The notes under the pieces are model-generated. The model was not told the origin of the DNA. It saw only the letters and a program-made list of their open reading frames with translations, and searched no databases. From contig JBDRQD010000081.1 in assembly GCA_043826455.1 (NCBI GenBank), positions 1-18,834 of the forward strand: DNA of 18,834 nt, given 5' to 3'. Below are positions 15,972-18,834 of the stretch, in pieces; the stretch's first letter is position 1, and each line of letters starts with the position of its first letter. Source of the DNA: Candidatus Bathyarchaeota archaeon. GTDB lineage: Archaea > Thermoproteota > Bathyarchaeia > TCS64. Made by a program: the position numbers and the translations under genes.

Positions 15972-16256
15972 CTATCCACCGTGCGTCACGGATAACAGTA
16001 CAAGCTCGTCGCCGGGCCCCACCCGTGAATCCACTCCTTCGAGGTTTCCCACCTCAACCCCGTTGAGCAGGACCAGGGCATCCGACTCGTACGTGTTCAG
16101 GGTGGAGTCCCAGACGGCTTCACGCAGCCTCGCCCTACCGTCAAACAGGGTCTCCAGCACCTCGGCTATGGTGCGCTTCTCTTCTAAATCTAGCTCCAAT
16201 TGGTTCACGCCGGCCGCGTCCTTTAGGACGCCCAGCAGCTTGACCTTCACCCGCAT
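15972..16256 (-). CDS. Ubiquitin-like sulfur carrier (MoaD/SAMP/Urm1-like)
   Basis: Beta-grasp pattern MRVKVKLLG...LVLLNG...GDELVLLSVTHGG with C-terminal GG; 2 nt upstream of ncsA. ATG 16256 preferred over GTG 16271. Confidence 0.92.
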   Translation of the reverse strand: MRVKVKLLGVLKDAAGVNQLELDLEEKRTIAEVLETLFDGRARLREAVWDSTLNTYESDALVLLNGVEVGNLEGVDSRVGPGDELVLLSVTHGG

Positions 16257-16286
16257 CCCTGACACCAACACAGCCCAGTCATATAA

Positions 16287-17606
16287 TCATTGACCCCTTG
16301 TGAGCCTAGCCAAGAAATAGCCTGTACACAGGTGCTCAACGGGCACAAGCCTCTGAGCCTCCATAAACCCCATGAAGCCCGGCTCACCAATGCGCGGCTC
16401 TGAGGGGGCTAGCCGGTAATCCGGGCGCTTCTCCAGGAGCCGGGCCACGTTCAGCTCATTCTCCTCGACGGCCACGCTGCACGTGCAGTACAGGAGCGTC
16501 CCCCCAGGCTTAACCCACTCGGCCACGTTGTCCAGTATCCTCCACTGGAGGCGGCTGAACCTATCAATCGAGCGTGGCGTGAGCCTCCACTTTCCACTGG
16601 GAGACTGGTTGAAGGTACCTGTACCTGTGCAAGGAGGGTCAACTACCGCCACATCCACCTCGAATCCGGGAAGCCATCGACCGCTGGATGCGTCCGCCAG
16701 CACCGGCTTCGCGATACTTACGCCCAGTCTCTCTGTCAACCGCTCCCAGTTCCTCAGCCGCCTAAGAGAGTTATCCACCGATATTATCCTGCCCTGGTTG
16801 TCCATCAGCTGAGCCATGTGGCTGGTCTTCACACCTGGAGCCGCGCAGACGTCGAGAACGGTGTCCCCTGGACGCGGTGCCGCTGCCTCGACGGCCAGAA
16901 TACTGGCTAGGTCCTGAAGTATGAACTCGCCTCTCCTGTACTCTCTCGTAGACGTGAGGCCTTCACCTTCCAGCAATCTGTAACCGTACCGGAGTCCGGG
17001 AACGCCTTGAAGCTGATAGCCTTGACGTTGGAGACTTTCACTTGTCTCGTCTCCGTCCACAAGCGAGTTCACTCTAATATAGCTAGGCACATCAACATGC
17101 GCCATAAGCTTCTCCGCGTAAACCCCGCCAAAGGTGTCTTTGAGGTACCCTACGTACCAGGATGGGAAAAAGAGTCTAAGCGCAAGCTGATCTCGTTCAG
17201 GCAGGTGAGGGAAAGGTATCGTGCTGGTAGGTATCAAGTCAAACGAGTCCTTGATGGACTTGAACTCGCGCTTGCTAATGAGCCGTGCACCTAACTCTAA
17301 AAGGTTATTTGCATACGAATAGGGGTAGCCGGAGTAGTGGATCAAGTATGCGTAGAGCCTGAGTAGGCTTCTTGCACCCAGACTCAAGTCACTTAGGCCT
17401 CTGGGCTCGATACTCTGGCCAACCAGGTAGTCTAGGGCGTTCTTTCTCCGGGTGACCTCACGGACAAGCCTGTAGGCTTCCCTGCCTTCTTCTTTGTCAG
17501 TTACTCCAAGCTGTTTAACGGTCTTGCGGTACGCGGCCTCCTCGTTTAGCCGCTTAAGCTCGACCCAGCTTAAGGCTTCGATAGCCAGGGTCCATGACTC
17601 GGTCAA
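16287..17606 (-). CDS. RsmB/NOP2-family RNA m5C methyltransferase with NusB-like N-terminus
   Basis: IRVN, LQDLAS, DVCAAPGVKT, DPPCTGTG and YCTCS...ENE motifs (both catalytic Cys present). Confidence 0.93.
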   Translation of the reverse strand: MTESWTLAIEALSWVELKRLNEEAAYRKTVKQLGVTDKEEGREAYRLVREVTRRKNALDYLVGQSIEPRGLSDLSLGARSLLRLYAYLIHYSGYPYSYANNLLELGARLISKREFKSIKDSFDLIPTSTIPFPHLPERDQLALRLFFPSWYVGYLKDTFGGVYAEKLMAHVDVPSYIRVNSLVDGDETSESLQRQGYQLQGVPGLRYGYRLLEGEGLTSTREYRRGEFILQDLASILAVEAAAPRPGDTVLDVCAAPGVKTSHMAQLMDNQGRIISVDNSLRRLRNWERLTERLGVSIAKPVLADASSGRWLPGFEVDVAVVDPPCTGTGTFNQSPSGKWRLTPRSIDRFSRLQWRILDNVAEWVKPGGTLLYCTCSVAVEENELNVARLLEKRPDYRLAPSEPRIGEPGFMGFMEAQRLVPVEHLCTGYFLARLTRGQ

Positions 17607-17649
17607 AACGCTTCAAAGAAGACGGAGACGTTTAAAAGGGTATCAGAGG

Positions 17650-18528
17650 CTAGGTGCCCTTAATCACCTGGACAGACCCGTCGGATGATATTACTGCCTT
17701 CGCGTGCCGTAACGCCCAGCAGCTGATGACCACCCCCACCGGCAGTGACGCAGGATGACGGGCCGCCAACTCTACGTGTACATCCAGGACGCTCGGACCC
17801 TCGCCGAGCCCCATGGCGCCGATTCCTAGCTCGTTGAGCTTGGTAAGAAGCTCCTTCTCTATGGCCGCGATCTCCGGGTCGCTGCTCCTCACCTTGAAGG
17901 GCTTCAGCAGCGCCTCCTTGGCCAGCTTCATAACATAGTCCTCACCGCCGCCCACGCCCACACCCACAAAGTAGGGCGGGCACCCCAGGCTGCCCGCTTG
18001 GGCTACGGCCTCTACCACGAACTGTTTTACGCCCTTGAGGCCTAGGCCAGGCTTCAGCATCCTGTGGTTCGCCACGTTGCTGCTGCCGCCCCCCTTAGGC
18101 ATGGCCGTGAGTTCCAGCTTGTCGCCGGGGACCAGGTCGATGTATATGATGGGCACGTGGCCCCTAAGGCCCACGTTGTCCCCCGTGTTGCCTTTGAACA
18201 TGTCCACGGCGTTAGGCCTGATAGGTATCTCCTCCGTCGCCCTCCTCGTGGCCTTCACCAGCACGTCCTTTATGCCTGACCTCAGGGGGAACCCATCACC
18301 AAGTTTAAGCATGAAGGCAACGACGCCGGTGTCCTGGCACATGGGCAGCGAGCCCTCGCGGGCGATGTCCACGTTCTCGAGGATGCTCCTCATCTGAGAC
18401 TTGCCGACCTCGCCCTCAGTCTCACCCATGAGTCGTCTCATCTCCTCGGCGTACTCGACGGGAAGCTCAGTGGCAGCGATCCTCAGAAGCTCCACTGCCG
18501 TGTCCTCAACGATCTTCTCCAGCTTCAT
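17650..18528 (-). CDS. Class I (Fe-S) fumarate hydratase / tartrate dehydratase alpha subunit
   Basis: PMCQDTG, PKGGGS, GCPPY.VGVGVGG, GIGAMGLG, RHPASLPV, SCWALR. Confidence 0.93.
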   Translation of the reverse strand: MKLEKIVEDTAVELLRIAATELPVEYAEEMRRLMGETEGEVGKSQMRSILENVDIAREGSLPMCQDTGVVAFMLKLGDGFPLRSGIKDVLVKATRRATEEIPIRPNAVDMFKGNTGDNVGLRGHVPIIYIDLVPGDKLELTAMPKGGGSSNVANHRMLKPGLGLKGVKQFVVEAVAQAGSLGCPPYFVGVGVGGGEDYVMKLAKEALLKPFKVRSSDPEIAAIEKELLTKLNELGIGAMGLGEGPSVLDVHVELAARHPASLPVGVVISCWALRHAKAVISSDGSVQVIKGT

Positions 18529-18834
18529 CTACCTCATCTCCTTCATGATCCTGTCACGGGCGGCGTTCACCTTGGCGCCCACGTCCGCCGTCAGGTTGCC
18601 CCCGTGGGTGTCTATGGTGACGATCATGGGCCCAAAGTCCTCTGCCTCGTATACCCACAGGCACTCGGGCATACCTAGCTCCTCCAGCCAGAATACGTCC
18701 ACGACCCTCTTGATGCCTCTCGCAGCCAGGAGGGCCGCGCCCCCTGTGAAGGCTCCGTAGACGCAGCCGTACTTCTGACACGCCTTGGCCGTTCTGTCAC
18801 CCATGCCGCCCTTACCTATGATGACAGCGGGCCT
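18529..18834 (-). CDS. Class I fumarate hydratase / tartrate dehydratase beta subunit (5' partial)
   Basis: Frame stays open to the window edge: IIGKGGMG, GGAALL, ELGMPE, FGPMIVTIDTHGGNL. Stop abuts the alpha ATG (TAGATG). Confidence 0.92.
   Translation of the reverse strand, partial: RPAVIIGKGGMGDRTAKACQKYGCVYGAFTGGAALLAARGIKRVVDVFWLEELGMPECLWVYEAEDFGPMIVTIDTHGGNLTADVGAKVNAARDRIMKEMR

Noticed and set aside
298..18781. Many alternative-frame and antisense ORFs (e.g. 1323-1916, 2251-2709, 9628-10137, 15046-15768)
   Set aside because: They are shadows of well-supported genes in GC-rich DNA, with no motifs and implausible composition.

Overview
An archaeal chromosomal window, probably TACK and most likely Bathyarchaeia. 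This is an inference from the class I LysRS, a tRNA with a BHB intron, TATA-type promoters and a REC plus TackOD1-like regulator. It is mostly housekeeping: coaBC, dCMP deaminase, a 4-OT-family tautomerase, lysS, a rhomboid protease, a HAD hydrolase, nfo, an RNA-modification cluster (RsmB/NOP2, Urm1/SAMP-like protein, TtuA/NcsA) and a two-subunit class I fumarate hydratase. Five features missing from the ORF track were read directly from the sequence: a partial surface protein (1-722), a 45-aa coiled-coil ORF, a 55-aa two-helix membrane ORF, an intron-containing tRNA-Thr(GGT) with C at position 55, and a box C/D guide sRNA predicted to direct Cm34 of tRNA-Leu(CAA). The best candidate for an undescribed system is the co-oriented amidohydrolase / atypical transcarbamylase / MFS / GabT-like cluster. 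Two of its enzymes carry active-site substitutions, and it contains a palindrome-rich intergenic element. No mobile element, CRISPR array or defence system was seen.
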